A stretch of 64,000 nt of DNA from Octopus sinensis (GCF_006345805.1 NC_042997.1:111104001-111168000), one strand, 5' to 3'. Counted from the first letter of the stretch, positions 12,370 through 26,295 are shown. Made by a program: numbers and translations. Notes: generated by a model not told the origin, from the letters alone.

Positions 12370-12705
12370 TAAGAGCACCATCCAAGCGCGATCGTTGCCA
12401 GAGCAGCTATCTGGCCTCCGTGCCGTGGCATATAAAAGACACCATTCGAGCGTGATCGTTACCAGCATCGCCTTACTAGCACCTGTGCCGGTGGCATGTG
12501 TAAAAGATTTGAGTGAGGTTGTTGCCAGTACCACCTGACTGGCCCCGTGCTGGTGGTATTTAAAAGCACCCACTACACTCTCAGAGTGGTTGGCGTTAGG
12601 AAGGGCATCCAGCTGTAGAAACTCTGCCAGATCAGACTGGAGCTTGATGCAAACCGTCCAACCCATGCTAGCATGGAAAGCGGACGTTAAACAATGATGA
12701 TTTTA
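12370..12705 (+). mobile_element. RTE 3' UTR with about three diverged internal repeat units
   Basis: Ends catggaaagcggacgttaaacaatgatga. Confidence 0.8.
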
Positions 12706-12908
12706 TATGTTAAATAAGATTTGGATAAAAACCTTGTAGAATGCTATACAAAGCCCATCCACAGGTATTGGTTACCTGATGTCATCATAGAATGAAAATG
12801 TTCCTTCGACTGGAAATACATCAGGAATTCCACAGTATCAGTAGAGCTTATAAAAATAGATAAATGATAGATTTTATTTTAAATCTCTACCCTTGTTTCA
12901 ATACTTTC

Positions 12909-13142
12909 TTACACCTTTAGTGCCATCATTATTTTACATCCAAGGTGTAAAATATGCCTCCCCAGGTGATTGTTTACATAAGTCCTTTGTTAGATCCTAC
13001 AGTCATTTCACTTAGTGTAATAATGCATACCCAAAGTGATGTGTTATTCCCAGCTGTTTACAGGTACCTGAGGAGGTGCATTTTACAACTTCGATGTAAA
13101 ATAATGATTGCACAACATCTCATCAGTGCACAAAAGGTGTAA
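12909..13142. mobile_element. MITE with ~60-bp imperfect TIRs
   Basis: ttacacctttagtgc..atcattattttacatccaaggtgtaaaat versus attttacaacttcgatgtaaaataatgat..gcacaaaaggtgtaa. Confidence 0.7.
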
Positions 13143-13214
13143 AAATGTGTCGAAACAATAGCAATTTTAAGAATGTCATTAATTCCATTTTCTATCATTT
13201 ATCTGTATACATAC

Positions 13215-13435
13215 TCTCTTTACTCTTTATTCTTTTACTTGTTTCAGACATTTGACTATGGCCATGCTGGAGCACTGCCTCTAGTTGAGCAAATCGATCC
13301 CAGGACTTGTTCTTTGTAAACCTATACTTATTCTATTAGTCTCTTTTGCTGAACTGCTAAGTTACGGGGACGTAGACACACCAGCATTGGTTGTCAAGTG
13401 ATGTTGGGGGGACAAACACAGACACACAAACATAT

Positions 13436-13468
<33 letters not shown>

Positions 13469-13620
13469 CATATGGTAGTTTCCATCTACCAAATCCACTT
13501 ACAAAGCTTTGATCAGCCCAAGGCTATAGTAGAAGAGACTTGCCTAAGGTGCCATGCAGTGGGAATGAACCCAGAACCCTGTGGTTGGTAAGCAAGCTAC
13601 TTACCACACAGCCACTCCTG
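13215..13620 (-). mobile_element. SINE family A
   Basis: Matches the family A consensus. Confidence 0.9.
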
Positions 13621-14359
13621 GAAATATATAATATATATATTTATAAATAAATATATATAAAATAAATAAATATATATATATAAAAATATATATGCCCACT
13701 TGGAAATATATTTCCAAGTAGGCAAGCCAAGCATTCACCTCTTCAGCAAGGCACCTACTCCACTCTCACCATCACAGCTACTTATTCACTCAGTTGAGGG
13801 GTTTTATTTTGCAGATACTTGGCAATCTCACTGTCGCTGATGCCACATTAAAAAAGTGACTGCAAAGTGGTTGGCATTAGGAAGGGCATCCAGCAGTAAG
13901 AAACCATGACAAAACAGACCTAAAACTTAGGGGAGCCCTTGGACTTGTCTGTTCTTGTCAAACTGTCCAACCCATGCCAGCATGGAAAAAAAAGGTGTTA
14001 AACAATGATGACAGTATATCTATGACAGGCTTCTTTTAGTTTCCATTTACACAATCCACTTACAAGGACTTTGTATCTTTTCATGATTCAAGGTAAAATT
14101 TTCATATTTTACCTTGAGTTATATTTCATGACTCAAGGTAAAATAATTACATGCACAAAAGCAGAGATCTACAGAAGGAACAGGTAAGTTGATTACGTCA
14201 ACCCCAGTATTTGACTAGTATTTCCTTTTAGTGACACCAGAAAGATGAATTGCAATGTTGACCGTCACAAGATTTGAGCTCAGAATGCAAAAACAACAAA
14301 TACCACAAGGTATCTTATCCAATGTTCTAGCCATTCCATGAATATCCTAAAAGAAAAAT

Positions 14360-14712
14360 ACCGGTGCTCCGTCAATTATGACTACAAATTTTCCTGTTGA
14401 TACGATCAAAGTATGTGAAATTAGCACACAAGCAGTTGAGCATTCTACGAACATGTTTACTCTTATTGTATTCTTGAGCGAGACTCAGTGTGATACAGAA
14501 TATGAGAAGGCCCCTTTGAATTACTGGTACAACTCATTTTTGGTAGCTGAGTGAACTGGAGTCATCATCATCATCGTTTAACGTCCGCTTTCCATGCTGG
14601 CATGGGTCGGACGATTTGACTGAGTAATGATAAATAAAGTGTCTTGCTCAAGGACCCAATGCTCTGCTAGGAATTGAACTCATGGCCTTATGATTGTGAT
14701 CTGAATACCCTA
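14360..14712 (-). mobile_element. tRNA-derived SINE family B (cttgagcaagacact/ctccagttcactcagct central domain), interrupted by an RTE tail at 14562-14625
   Basis: Central domain shared with 41562-41825; tRNA-like head at 14660-14712. Confidence 0.7.
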
Positions 14713-15400
14713 ACCACAAAGCCACATCTCTTCATTAACCCTTCAATGAACACAGAACCAGAAATGGCAGTTATTCATAATACTATCTTGTGGTTACCGT
14801 AGTCATCTGCTGTGGATTGTTATGACTATGTCGTGACAAGTTGATGTGTTGCACTTTAAAAGAGACACGGAAAACGTTGATGGTTTCATTTTATTCACCC
14901 TTTACCGGGCAATATATAGTTTTCCTGCTGACATTTTCAATCATTTCTGAGAAGTTTTGTTTCTCTTTTTTTCGTTTTTGCCTATTTTAATGTCAAAAGT
15001 TTACATCAGAATTTTAATATTTCATTTTTCTATGATTATTCACTTGTACATGGTGCTGCCTATACCCAGGGTGAGTTGAGCTGACTCTGACCAACATGTT
15101 CAGAACAACAGTGAGACTACAAACTCACATGGGTTCCCCAGTCACAAGCATACACACTTTGGGGTAGTGTGATACATAGCAGCTCATCTTGCCATTGACC
15201 ATTGCAGAGGATTCACTGACCGAATCGCTGCCAATTGCCGCAGCAGATGTAGCCTGGGTTTGAAGTGGTTTCTAGAAATAAGCTTCAACAAATCAGAGGG
15301 GTGCCTCGCTCCCAGAATTTTTGTATTCTCTGACATTAAATAGTGATTGCCTGACTAGAAAATAATAATGATAGCAAATACTAATAATAATAATAAAAAT

Positions 15401-15450
<50 letters not shown>

Positions 15451-15474
15451 TAATAATAATAAAAATAAAGACAA

Positions 15475-16560
15475 GGAAGTTTCTGATTAGATATGGGATA
15501 CTCCACCAAAAAAGTAACACAGACAGATTGTATGTACCAAGAAAAAGAGTGGGGAGAGGGACTGATTGGATGTGAACACAGCATTAGAGCAGAAGAAAAC
15601 AACATAGCATGGTATGTGAAAAATGCGACAGAACAACTATTATTGGAAGTAAGAAGGTCAGGCTTGTGTAGGATGGAAGATAACAAAGATAAAGCACTGT
15701 ACAAGGATTTGAGAATGAATGAAACTAAAAATAAGTGTATAAAGAAAAGAATGCAAGGACAAGTTCATAGGGATGTTGAAAACAAGTCAGACAGAGAAAA
15801 AAGATGGCTGTGGATGACTAAAAGTGATTTAAAACAGGAAACAGAGACTTTAATCTGTGCTGCCCAAGAGCAAGCATTAAAAACAAATTACATAAAATAC
15901 AGAATAGACAACACAGCAAAAAGTGATAAGTGCAGAATCTGTGGACAAAACGGTGAAACCGTATAGCATATTACCAGACAATGTATGCCACTAGCCCAGA
16001 AAGAATATAAGAGACGTTGTGACAACATAGCAAGGATTGTCAATTGGACACTTTGCAACAAGTGCGGACTTCACAGAGCAAAAAATTGGTACAGCCATAA
16101 ACCCGAGAGCATCATCGAAAATGATAATGCAAAGATCCTTGGGATTTTATGATTCAGTGCAACCATGAGATTGAGAATAGGAAGCCAGACATAGTGTTGA
16201 TTGAGAAAGAAAACAAACGATGCTGGATCATAGATATAGCATGCCCAGCTGACAACAAGGTATGCGATAAGGAAGAAAGAAAAGTCAAGAGATATGACAG
16301 GTTAGCTTGGGAAGTTAAGCAGTTGTGGTCGATGAAAAAGGTAGCAGTAGTACCAATAATTGTTGGAGCCCTGGGAACAGTGAGTAAAAGTCTTGTGAAT
16401 TACATGGAACAAATAGGGGCTGCAGAAAACAGCACTGCTTGGAACCGCTCTAATACTCTGAAGGTACTCAAAAAATAAGGGGTGTTACCTTAGCTCACTG
16501 GTAGTGAATAGCTGGCACTGTAATACATCTCCAGCGTTAGAAGCTGCGCAAAGGCAATGA
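15475..16560 (+). mobile_element. R4/Dong-type RLE LINE, 3' fragment (family Dong-A), in a (TAA)n tract
   Basis: ETETLICAAQEQAL, CRICGQNGETVxH zinc knuckle, NRKPDIV...IIDIACP (PD-D/ExK nuclease); TAA repeats on both sides. Confidence 0.9.
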
Positions 16561-16894
16561 CAGTAATGATAACAATAATAATGATAATAATAATAATAAT
16601 AATAATAACGATAATAATAATAGTTTCATTGGAATTAAAAAGGAAGTCAGATGTTTCAGGTGGTTTTGGGGTCAGTCCCACGGGTGTGGCGCCTTGGACA
16701 AGTATCTTCTACTACTGTCGCCCCAGGCTGACCAATGCCTTGTGAGGGAATTAATTTGGTAAACATAACATATGCAGAAGCCTGTAGTGTGTGTGTGTGT
16801 ATGAATGTGTGTGCGTGTGCGCGCCAGTATCAAGGCCAAATTTTAAGTGATGAAGATGATGATCATGATGATGATGATCATGATATATATGTGT

Positions 16895-17977
16895 ATCAGG
16901 TCATCACATAACCAAAAGTTATGTTCCCCAAAAGATTCAGTAAATGATGAAACAAATGGTAGTCTGAAGGAGCAAGGTCAGGAGAATAAGGAGTATGAGG
17001 ATTTTTTCCCAACAAAGCTCTTCGATCTTCTGTGATGTGATCTTTGCAGTGTGGGGTCGTGCACTGTCCTGATGAAACATCACTCCTTTTTGATTCACTA
17101 AAGCAGGTCTTTTTTTCTTCAAAGCTTGGTTCAAATGCTCTAATTGCTGACAGTAGACTTGAGCATTGATTGTTGCATTACGTAGTAACAATTCAAAGTG
17201 AATTACTCCTTTGCAATCCCACCAGATAGAGAGAAGAACCTTTTTCCATGAAATTCCATTCTCGGTTGTGGTGGAGCTTTTTCCCTTTTACCAAGCCACT
17301 GTTTACGACATTTAACATTTCGATAGAAGATCCAATTTTCGTCAGCAGTCACTAGACTAACCAAAAAGGGTGAAATGAGTTCACAAGAATGGAGAAAAGA
17401 GCAGATGTCAACTCGGGATTTGCGGTTGCTTTTGGACAAATCATGAGGCACCCATTTTCCAAGTTTAGGAACCTTTCCAATTTGTTGAAGATGACGATGA
17501 ACAGTTGTATGGTTTGAACTAAGCTTTATTGCTAATTCTTCAACTGATAATGCAGGATTTTCTTCAAGTAATGCCTCAAGGAGCTTATCATCAAACTCAA
17601 CCAGACGTCCTGTTCGATCTTCATCTTCTAGGCTGAAATCTCCACTTCTGAATTTTGCAAATCATCTTCTGCAAGTTCTTTCATTCAAGCATTCTTTCCT
17701 ATAAACTGAGTGTATGTTTTGAGTTGCTTCAGCTGCAGAGTTTCCTTTTTTGTACTCATAAAGCATTATGTGCCTTAAATGCTCTTTGGATACTTCCATG
17801 TTAGAAAGGGTTTTAATCAAAGAAATTTTAATTCTATTATTCTGTAAAATAATATTTAATTAGTTTAAATGTACACAAATGCATAAAAATAATTTTTAAT
17901 TCCATTAAACATTCTAAAATACTATTAAATTTCAAAAAAAGGTAAAATCGGACAGAATTTATGGGATGACCTGGTAT
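16895..17977 (-). mobile_element. Mariner transposon remnant with one TIR
   Basis: VTADENWIFY, FHQDSARPH; TIR ccaggtcatcccataaattctgtcc (reverse complement) at about 17950-17977. Confidence 0.9.
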
Positions 17978-18284
17978 AATTGTACACATGTGTTACAGTA
18001 TGTCACAATATGTTACAGTGTGTGTTAGAGGGTATTACAGTTTTACACATACACACACACACATACACATATATATATATAAACATACACATAATATGTG
18101 CATGCATCAGACACTCATACATACCCATGTATGTATCACTGGGTTAAAATGTGTGTTTTTAACATTACATTAAGAAGCGATGTTATTTCAGGACAAATAC
18201 CACAGTAACTGGCCTATCAACTGCATATATACATTAAGTATGATACATAAATGGATATTTTAATCTATCTAATACTGCCTCAAT

Positions 18285-18675
18285 TTCATGGCTGTGTGGT
18301 ATGAAGCTTGCTTCTCAGCCACATGGTTCTGGGTTCAGTCCCACTGTGTGGCACTTTGGGCAAGTGTCTTCCACTATAGCTTTGGCCAATGAAAGCCTTG
18401 TGAGTGCATTCAGTAGATGGAAACTGAAAGAATCTCACCACATATATATATGCGTGTGTGTGTGTGTGTCTTTGTGTCTGTGTTTGTACACCCCCACAAC
18501 AACCACCACTTGACAACCGGTGTTGGTGAGTTTATGTCCTCCTACCTTAACTGTTTAGGCAAAATGGACTGAGAGAATAAGTACCAGGCTTACAAAAACA
18601 TAAGAACTAGGATTGATTTCTTCAAGGTGCTGCCCCAGCATGGCCGCAGTCTAATGACTGAAACAAATAAAAAGA
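18285..18675 (+). mobile_element. SINE family A
   Basis: Matches the family A consensus. Confidence 0.85.
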
Positions 18676-18817
18676 ATAATACTGACATACATACACACAT
18701 TTATATACTTATGTATGTATATATATATATATATATACATACACAGACGAATATTTATATATATATTGATATGTATATGTGTGTTTGTGTGTGTGTATAC
18801 ATATAAATATGTATGCA

Positions 18818-20625
18818 TAGAGGTATCAAGCTCTTGGATCAGGTAATGAAGGTCACGGAGAGGATCATAGCCCAACTAATTAGGGAAAGAGTAAGTTTGG
18901 ATGAGATGCAGTTTGGTTTCGTGCCAGGGAAAAGCACCACTGATACCATATTTCTGGTTAGACAGCTGCAGGAGAAATACCTAGCCAAAGATAAGCCCCT
19001 GTACCTGGCTTTCGTTGACATGGAGAAAGCCTTCGACAGGGTCCCCCGATCCCTTATCTGGTGGTCAATGAGGAAACTAGGGATAGATGAATGGTTAGTG
19101 AGAGCCATGTACAGGGACGCTGTCAATAAGGTGAGGGCTGGCAACGAGTACAGTGAAGAATTCCGGGTAGAGGTAGGGGTCCACCAAGGTTCAGTCCTCG
19201 GCCCCATCCTATTTATCATAGTCCTCCGGGCAATAACGGAGGAATTCAAGACAGGATGCCCCTGTGAGCTCCTCTATGCTGATGACCTTGCTCTAATTGC
19301 TGAGTCACTATCAGAACTAGAGGAGAAGTTTCAAGTGTGGAAACAAGGATTAGAATCGAAGGGTCTTAGAGTCAACCTAGCTAAAACCAAAGTCCTAATA
19401 TGTAGGAAGGCAGGCAAACCACAAATCCCTTCAGGTAGATGGCCCTGCTCAATCTGTAGAAAAGGCGTAGGTAGAAACTCTATAAGAGGTACCCAGTGTA
19501 AGCTATGGACACATAAGAGGTGCAGTAATATCAAAGGAAGGCTAACTGGGAAGATAGTTTTTGTATGTGGCAGATGCTCAGGAGCAATAAACACTGAAAA
19601 TGTGCAGAGAACAACTTCCGCCACATTCCAGGGAGAAAAACTAGAAGTAGTGGATAGCTTCCGTTACCTAGGTGACCAAGTCAGTAGCGGGGAGCGGGTG
19701 TGCTGAAAGTGTAACAGCTAGAGTAAGAATAGCCTAGGTAAAGTTCAGAGAGCTCTTACCTCTGCTGGTGACAAAAGGCCTCTCGCTCAGAGTAAAAGGT
19801 AGACTATGACGCATGTGTACAAACAGCCATGTTACATGGCAGTGAAACATGGGCCGTGACTGCTGAGGATGTGCGTAAGCTCGCAAGAAATGAAGCCAGT
19901 ATGCTCCAATGGATGTGTAATGTCAGTGTTCATACTCGACAGAGTGTAAGTACCTTGAGAGAAAAGTTGGACCTAAGAAGCATCAGTTGTAGTGTGCAAG
20001 AGAGACGATTGTGCTGGTATGGTCACGTAGCGAGAATAGATGAAGATACTTGTGTGAAAAAGTACCACACCCTAGCGGTTGAGGGAACCTGTGGAAGAGG
20101 TAGACCTAGGAAGACCTGGGATGAGGTAGTGAAGCATGACCTTTGAACATTAGGTCTCACTGAGGCAATGACTAGTGACCGAGACCTTTGGAAGTATGCT
20201 GTGCGTGAGAAAACCCGGCAGGACAAGTGAGACCATAATCCATGGCCTCTACCTGGGATGTAGCCAGCCCACTTATGCATACCTTTCCTTCTTGGGACCG
20301 AAAACTCTGCTTCCGAAGACATGTTGAGGCAAGTGAAATCGGAATCGAAATCAAAATCGCTCAAAAATCAATGGAAATTGTAGCTGTGGTACCAGTGCCG
20401 GTGGCACGTAAAAGAAACATCCGAATATGGCCGTTGCCAGCCTCGCCTGGCACGTAAAAGGCACCCACTACACTCATGGAGTGGTTGGCGTTAGGAAGGG
20501 CATCCAGCTGTAAAAACACTGCCAGATCAGACTGGGCCTGGTGCAGCCTCCTGGCTTCCCAGACCCCAGTCGAACCGTCCAACCCATGCTAGCATGGAAA
20601 GCAGATGTTAAACGATGATGATGAT
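18818..20625 (+). mobile_element. RTE-clade LINE, 5'-truncated: RT, Cys-rich insert, 3' UTR, (GAT)n tail
   Basis: RGIKLLD, QFGFVPGKSTTD, FVDMEKAFDRV, GVHQGSVL, YADD, LHGSETW, GRGRPRKTW; several stops and frameshifts. Confidence 0.95.
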
Positions 20626-20704
20626 ATCATGATATATATATATATATAATGATATATATATATGTGTGCGTGTAAGTATATATGTATATGTAAGTATATA
20701 TATG

Positions 20705-20765
<61 letters not shown>

Positions 20766-21186
20766 ATTATATACACTTAGAAAGGAAGAAAGTGAGAGAG
20801 AGGGAGGGAGAGATACACAGATGTGTCTCCATTCAGTCAGCTCGTTTTATCTAATTAATAAAGTAAGTCTTTATTACATTTCATTATCTCCCTCCCCCTC
20901 TCCACCCACGCCCACCCCCCACCAATATCCTTCCATTCCTTCCAGGGAAACAACAGACCAATAATATTTCCACCTCCTTTCTTTTACAACACACAATCTT
21001 GCATTTATTTACTTAGCCACCCCCTCTCTCTCTACCCCTCGTCGCGCACACACATAACACCATCCCCTCCACCCGCACAACCACCCGTTTTTCCTTTCGT
21101 TTTTTTTATTTTAATTTTTCTTTTTTTTTATTGTTTTATTTTTGCCCAACCATCTTTCATTGTTACCTGTCCTTTTGTCTCTCGCT

Positions 21187-21201
21187 GTTGCCCATAGCAA
21201 C
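21187..21201. promoter_or_regulatory. RFX X-box-like palindrome GTTGCC-CAT-AGCAAC
   Basis: Fits GTNRCC(N0-3)RGYAAC; lies in a locally CpG-richer unique region. Confidence 0.3.
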
Positions 21202-21379
21202 AAGTTTTCTCGGGGACGGTGGGGGGACCGAATTGGGGGGGTGTATGGGTAAGGGTGGGTGGGGTGGGGGTGTCAACTTGCGTTGCATTTCGTGTCGCTG
21301 GCTTTGTGTGAGTGTCTCGAGCACAGTTGAAGGGGCATAACTCTAATGTTGATCTCAGAATGTGCAGGGTGCTGCCAAC

Positions 21380-21840
21380 AGTTGCTGTCCTGCTGCTGTT
21401 GATGCTGCTGCTGCTGCCGCTGCTGCTCTTCTTACTGCTATGGCTGTTGTTGTTGTTGTTGCTGCTGCTGTTGTCGTTGCTACTGTTGATGCTCCTATAA
21501 TTGCTGTTGTTGTTGCTATTGGTGGTGATGTGGAGGATGGCGGTGCTGGTGGTGCTGGTGGTGGTAGGTGGTGGTGATGTGGAGGATGGCGGTGCTGGTG
21601 GTGGTAGGTAGTGGCGATGGTGGTGGTGGTGGTGAAGGTGGTGGTGGTAGTGGTGGTGGTCGTGGTGATAGTGGTGGTGGTGGTGATATGTGATGGTGGT
21701 GGTGGTGGTTGTGTTGGTGGTAGTGGTCGTGGTGGTAGTGGTGTTGGTGGTGGTGGTGGTGGTGGTGGTGGTGGTAGTAATAGTTGTGGTAGTGTTGGTG
21801 TTGTTGGTGTTGTTGGTGTTGCTGGTGGTATTAGGACTGG
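21380..21840. repeat. Compound trinucleotide low-complexity tract (GCT/GTT/GGT)n; possibly exonic
   Basis: Direct reading; composition explains the overlapping stop-free ORFs. Confidence 0.7.
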
Positions 21841-22714
21841 CGGGATGTAATTGCGATTTGCCAAAGTGCACCACAACAAAAATAACAACAACGTTAGAAC
21901 TGCCTGTGTTTGTTTTTGTTTTTCTTTGTTGCAGTTTATTGTAAGAACTGCAAAAGTGCAGCAGCAGTACCAACCAACGTGGTGCCCTGCAGGTATTGCA
22001 GTGTCTTTGATGCTAAAAGCCGAACCACAAGAACCGAAATGGCTACAGACTTAGTAGTAGTAGTAGTAGTAGTAGCAGTAGCAGTAGTGGTGGTGGTGGT
22101 GGTGGTAGTAGTAGTAGTAATATTAGTAGTAACACATTCGAAGTGTTCCTAGTGGAACGGGGGGGGGGGGAATTCATTTGAACAGCGACAACAACAGCAA
22201 CAACATTTACAGAAATATAAAGAAATAAGAAATCAAAACCGAAAAGAAAAAAAAATTGATACAGACATAACCAAAGACCTTCACATTACATTATGATGAT
22301 AATGATGATAATGATGATGATGACGACGACGACGATGCTGCTGCTGATGATGATGATGATGATGATGACGACGACGATGATGACAATGACAACAATAATA
22401 GATTTTTTCTACTCTAGGCTGAAGGCCCAAAACTTTTGGGGGAGGGGGAAGACAGTCAATTAGATTGACCTCAGTACGCAACTGGTACTTAATTTATCGA
22501 ACCACAACCCCTGAAAGGTTGAAAGGCAAAGTCAACCCTGACAGAATTGATGACAATAAAAATGGCAATGTGATGGTGATGATGATGTGATGATGGTGAT
22601 GGTGATTATGATAATGATGATAATAATTAAGATAATGGTAATGATGATGATGATGGTGATGACTCACCTGGCAGTTATTCACGGCCCCTGTTTTTTTAAT
22701 TCATATATCTTTTG

Positions 22715-23260
22715 TCTTTTACTTATTTCAGTTATTGGATTGTGGCCATGCTGGGGCACCGCCTTCAAGAATTTTCTAGTAGGAAGAATCAACCCCAGTG
22801 TTTATTGTTGTCTCAAATTCGATCATTATTATATTATTCTCTTCAGTTGAACCGCTAAGTTACAACGATGTGAAAACACTACCACAAGCAGTGGAGAGGG
22901 GTAAACAGACACACACACATATACTCAAATATATGTACGACAGGCTTCATTTAGTTTCCATCTACCAGATTCACTCACAAAGCTTTGGTTGGCCCGAGGC
23001 TATAGTAGAAAACACTTGCCCAAGGTGCCATGCAGTGGGACTGAACCCAGAAATTGGTGATTGGGAATCAAACTTCTTACCATATATATCTTTGCGCAGG
23101 AGTGGCTGTGTGGTAAATAGCTTGCTAACCAATCACATGGTTCCAGGTTCAGTCCCACTGCATGGCGCCTTGGGCAAGTGTCTTCTACTATAGCCTCAGG
23201 CCAACCAAAGCCTTGTGAGTGGACTTGGTAGATGGAAACTGAAAGAAGCCCATCATATAT
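22715..23260. mobile_element. Head-to-head SINE family A pair (22715-23075 -, 23095-23260 +)
   Basis: Matches the family A consensus in both orientations. Confidence 0.85.
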
Positions 23261-23484
23261 ATGTGTGTGTGTGTGTGTGTATGTACATATTAATAATAAT
23301 TACAATGACAGAGAATATGGAGACAGGTACATCCTCAAAATTCATTTCCTTTAAAAAACGGTGGTGCATCAGCATGGCCACAGCTATGAGCTGAAACTAC
23401 AGCAAAAAAAAAAAATATATGTTTACATATATGTAGATATATGAATATGCATATGCATGTATGTACAGATATATATGTGTGTGT

Positions 23485-24010
23485 CATCATCATCATCGTT
23501 TAATGTCCATTTTCCATGCTGACATGGGTGGACGGTTCAACTGGAATCTGGGAAGCCAGGAGGCTGCACCAGGCTCCAGTCTGATCTGTCAGTGTTTCTA
23601 CAGCTGGATGCCCTTCCTAACGCCAACCACTCCAAGAGTCCCACTGGCACAGGGACCAGAGGAGTTGGTATCAACCACGATCAGATGGTGGTTTTTACGT
23701 TCCACTGGCACGGAATCCAGTCGAAACAGCACTGGCATTGGCCACATTCGGATGGTGCATTTTACATGCTTCTGGCACAGGGGTCACACTACAATTTCCA
23801 TTTGATTTGATTTTGATATTGATGTTGATGTACTTGACTCTATAGGTCTCCTCAAGCACAACATGTCGCCCACTTTTGAGTGGGCTGGTTATGCGACACT
23901 GGTGTAGGTTACAGCCGTGGACTCACTTTATTTGCCAGGTCTTCTCAGTCACAGCATACCTCCAGAGGTCTTGGTTTTTTGTCATTGCCTCTGTGAGGCT
24001 CAATGTTTGT
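23485..24010 (-). mobile_element. RTE 3' UTR/tail
   Basis: (CAT)n-cgtttaatgtcc... reverse complement of the RTE 3' UTR. Confidence 0.8.
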
Positions 24011-24194
24011 GTGTGTTGTGGATGGGAATAAAAGTATAGTTGAATTGATCGACCCCAGTAAATAACTGGTATATATTTATTCAATCCAGACGTTCAATGC
24101 AGAAGGAACATTGATTTTAACATGAGACAAAGGGACATAACTGACATACCACCCTAGCACAGTGAAATTATTGAAAAGATATGCATACATATTG

Positions 24195-24629
24195 TTGCAG
24201 GCATCGCTGTGTGGTAAGAAATTTATTTCCCAAACACACGGTTCAAGGTTCAGTCCCACTGCATGGCACCTTGGGCAAGTGTCTTCTACTACAGCCTTGG
24301 GCCAACCAAAACCATGTGAGTGGATTTGGTAGATGGAAACTGATAGAAGCCCATCATGTGTGTGTATGTGTGTGCACGCACGCGCGTGTGTGTGTGTTCA
24401 TGTCTGTGTTTGTCCCCAGCACTGATTGATGGCCAGTGTTGGTGTGTTTACGTCCACGTATCTTAGTGGTTCAGCAAAATGAACTGATAGAATTAATACC
24501 AGGCTTAAAAAGTAATTAAGTCCTGGGCTTGATTCATTTGCCTAAATTTCTTCATGGCGGTGCCCCAGCATGGCCACAGACTAATGACTGAAACAAGTAA
24601 AAGATGGACAAAAAGGTAGGTTGAGAAAA

Positions 24630-24668
<39 letters not shown>

Positions 24669-24855
24669 TGTGTGTGTGTGTGTGTGTAGATGCTGGTGTG
24701 ACTTTGTGGTAAGAAGTTTGCTTCCCACACTCATGGTTCCTGGTTCAGTCCCACTGCGTGACACCTAGGACAAGTGTGTCCTACTAAAGCCTCAGGCCGA
24801 ACAAACCTTTCAAAGTGGATTTACTAACCAGAAACTGAAAGAAGCTTGTCGTACA
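24195..24855 (+). mobile_element. Two SINE family A copies (24195-24605, 24690-24855)
   Basis: Matches the family A consensus. Confidence 0.8.
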
Positions 24856-25626
24856 TGTGTGTGTGTGTATATGTGTTTGTGTGAGTATGTGCACGTTTAT
24901 GTATGTGTATGAATGTGTTTGTGTATGAATGTGTGTGTGTGTATGAATGTGTGTGTGTGTATGAATGTGTGTGTGTATGAATGTGTGTGTGTATGAATGT
25001 GTGTGTGTGTGCATGCATGCATGTGTGTGTATATGTGTATGTATGTGTGTGTATATGTGTGTATGTATGTGTGTGTGCATGCATGCGTGTATGCAGGTAT
25101 GTGTGTGTATGTATGCGTGTGTGCAGGTGCAAGTGTGTATGCATATGTGTGCATGTGTGTGTGCAGATATGAAATTATTTTCACACACACAAGATAATAT
25201 ATACATATATATATATGACATGTGTGTATGCATATACATATCTGTGTGTGCAGGATATAACTTAATGGACTTTCTGTCCCTTCTCCTTGCTTCACTCATT
25301 GGATTGCAGCCTTGAATGGTTTCAGCCAAATCAACCCCCAATCCTTATTTTGTCTTCATGCTTTGGTTATCTATTCTATTGGTCACCTTCTTACCAGACT
25401 GCTAATTAGCAGGGACATAAACAAACCAACACCAACTGTCAAGCAGTGGTGGGGGCCAAACACAGACACGGACTAGAAGCTCATTAGAAAGTAAAATATA
25501 ATCCATAAAGCAAAACAAAGATACATTTTAATACATCTCTCTCTCCCTCTCCCCATCCCCCCTCTCTCTCTATATATATATATATACATACGCATACATA
25601 TATGCATGTATATATATGTACATATA

Positions 25627-25726
<100 letters not shown>

Positions 25727-25897
25727 TTATAGATAGATAGATAGATAGATACATAGATAGATAGATTAGATACATAGATAGATAGATAGATATAGATATA
25801 GATATATATAGTTATTATTATTATATATATATATATGAATATATATATATAGATATATACACACACACATATATATATATATACCTATATATATATA

Positions 25898-26294
25898 GGT
25901 GCAGGAGTGGCTGTGTGGTAAGAAGCTTGCTTTCCAACCACATGGTCCCGGGTTCAGTCCCACAGTGTGCTACCTTTGGTAAGAGTCTTCTACTAGAGCC
26001 TTGGGATGACCAAAGCTTTGTGAGTGGATTTCATAGACGGAAACTGAAAGAAGCCCATCATATGTATATATATATATATATGTATGTATATGTGTGTGTG
26101 TCTGTGTTTGTCACCCCACCATCGCTTGACAACTGACATTGGTGTGTTTACGTCCCCATAAATTAGTGGTTTGGCAAAAGAGACCAATAGAATAAGTACT
26201 AGGCTTACGAAGAATAAGTCCTGGGGTCAAATTGTTCAACTAATGATGGTGCTCCAGCATGGCCAAAGTCAAATGAGTGAAACAAGAAAAAGAG

Positions 26295-26295
<1 letters not shown>
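25898..26295 (+). mobile_element. SINE family A, full length
   Basis: Matches the family A consensus. Confidence 0.9.

Noticed and set aside
21128-21973. 281-aa and 178-aa overlapping minus-strand ORFs as proteins
   Set aside because: The trinucleotide composition lacks stops in several frames at once; no domain is recognisable. Retained only as a candidate exon region.
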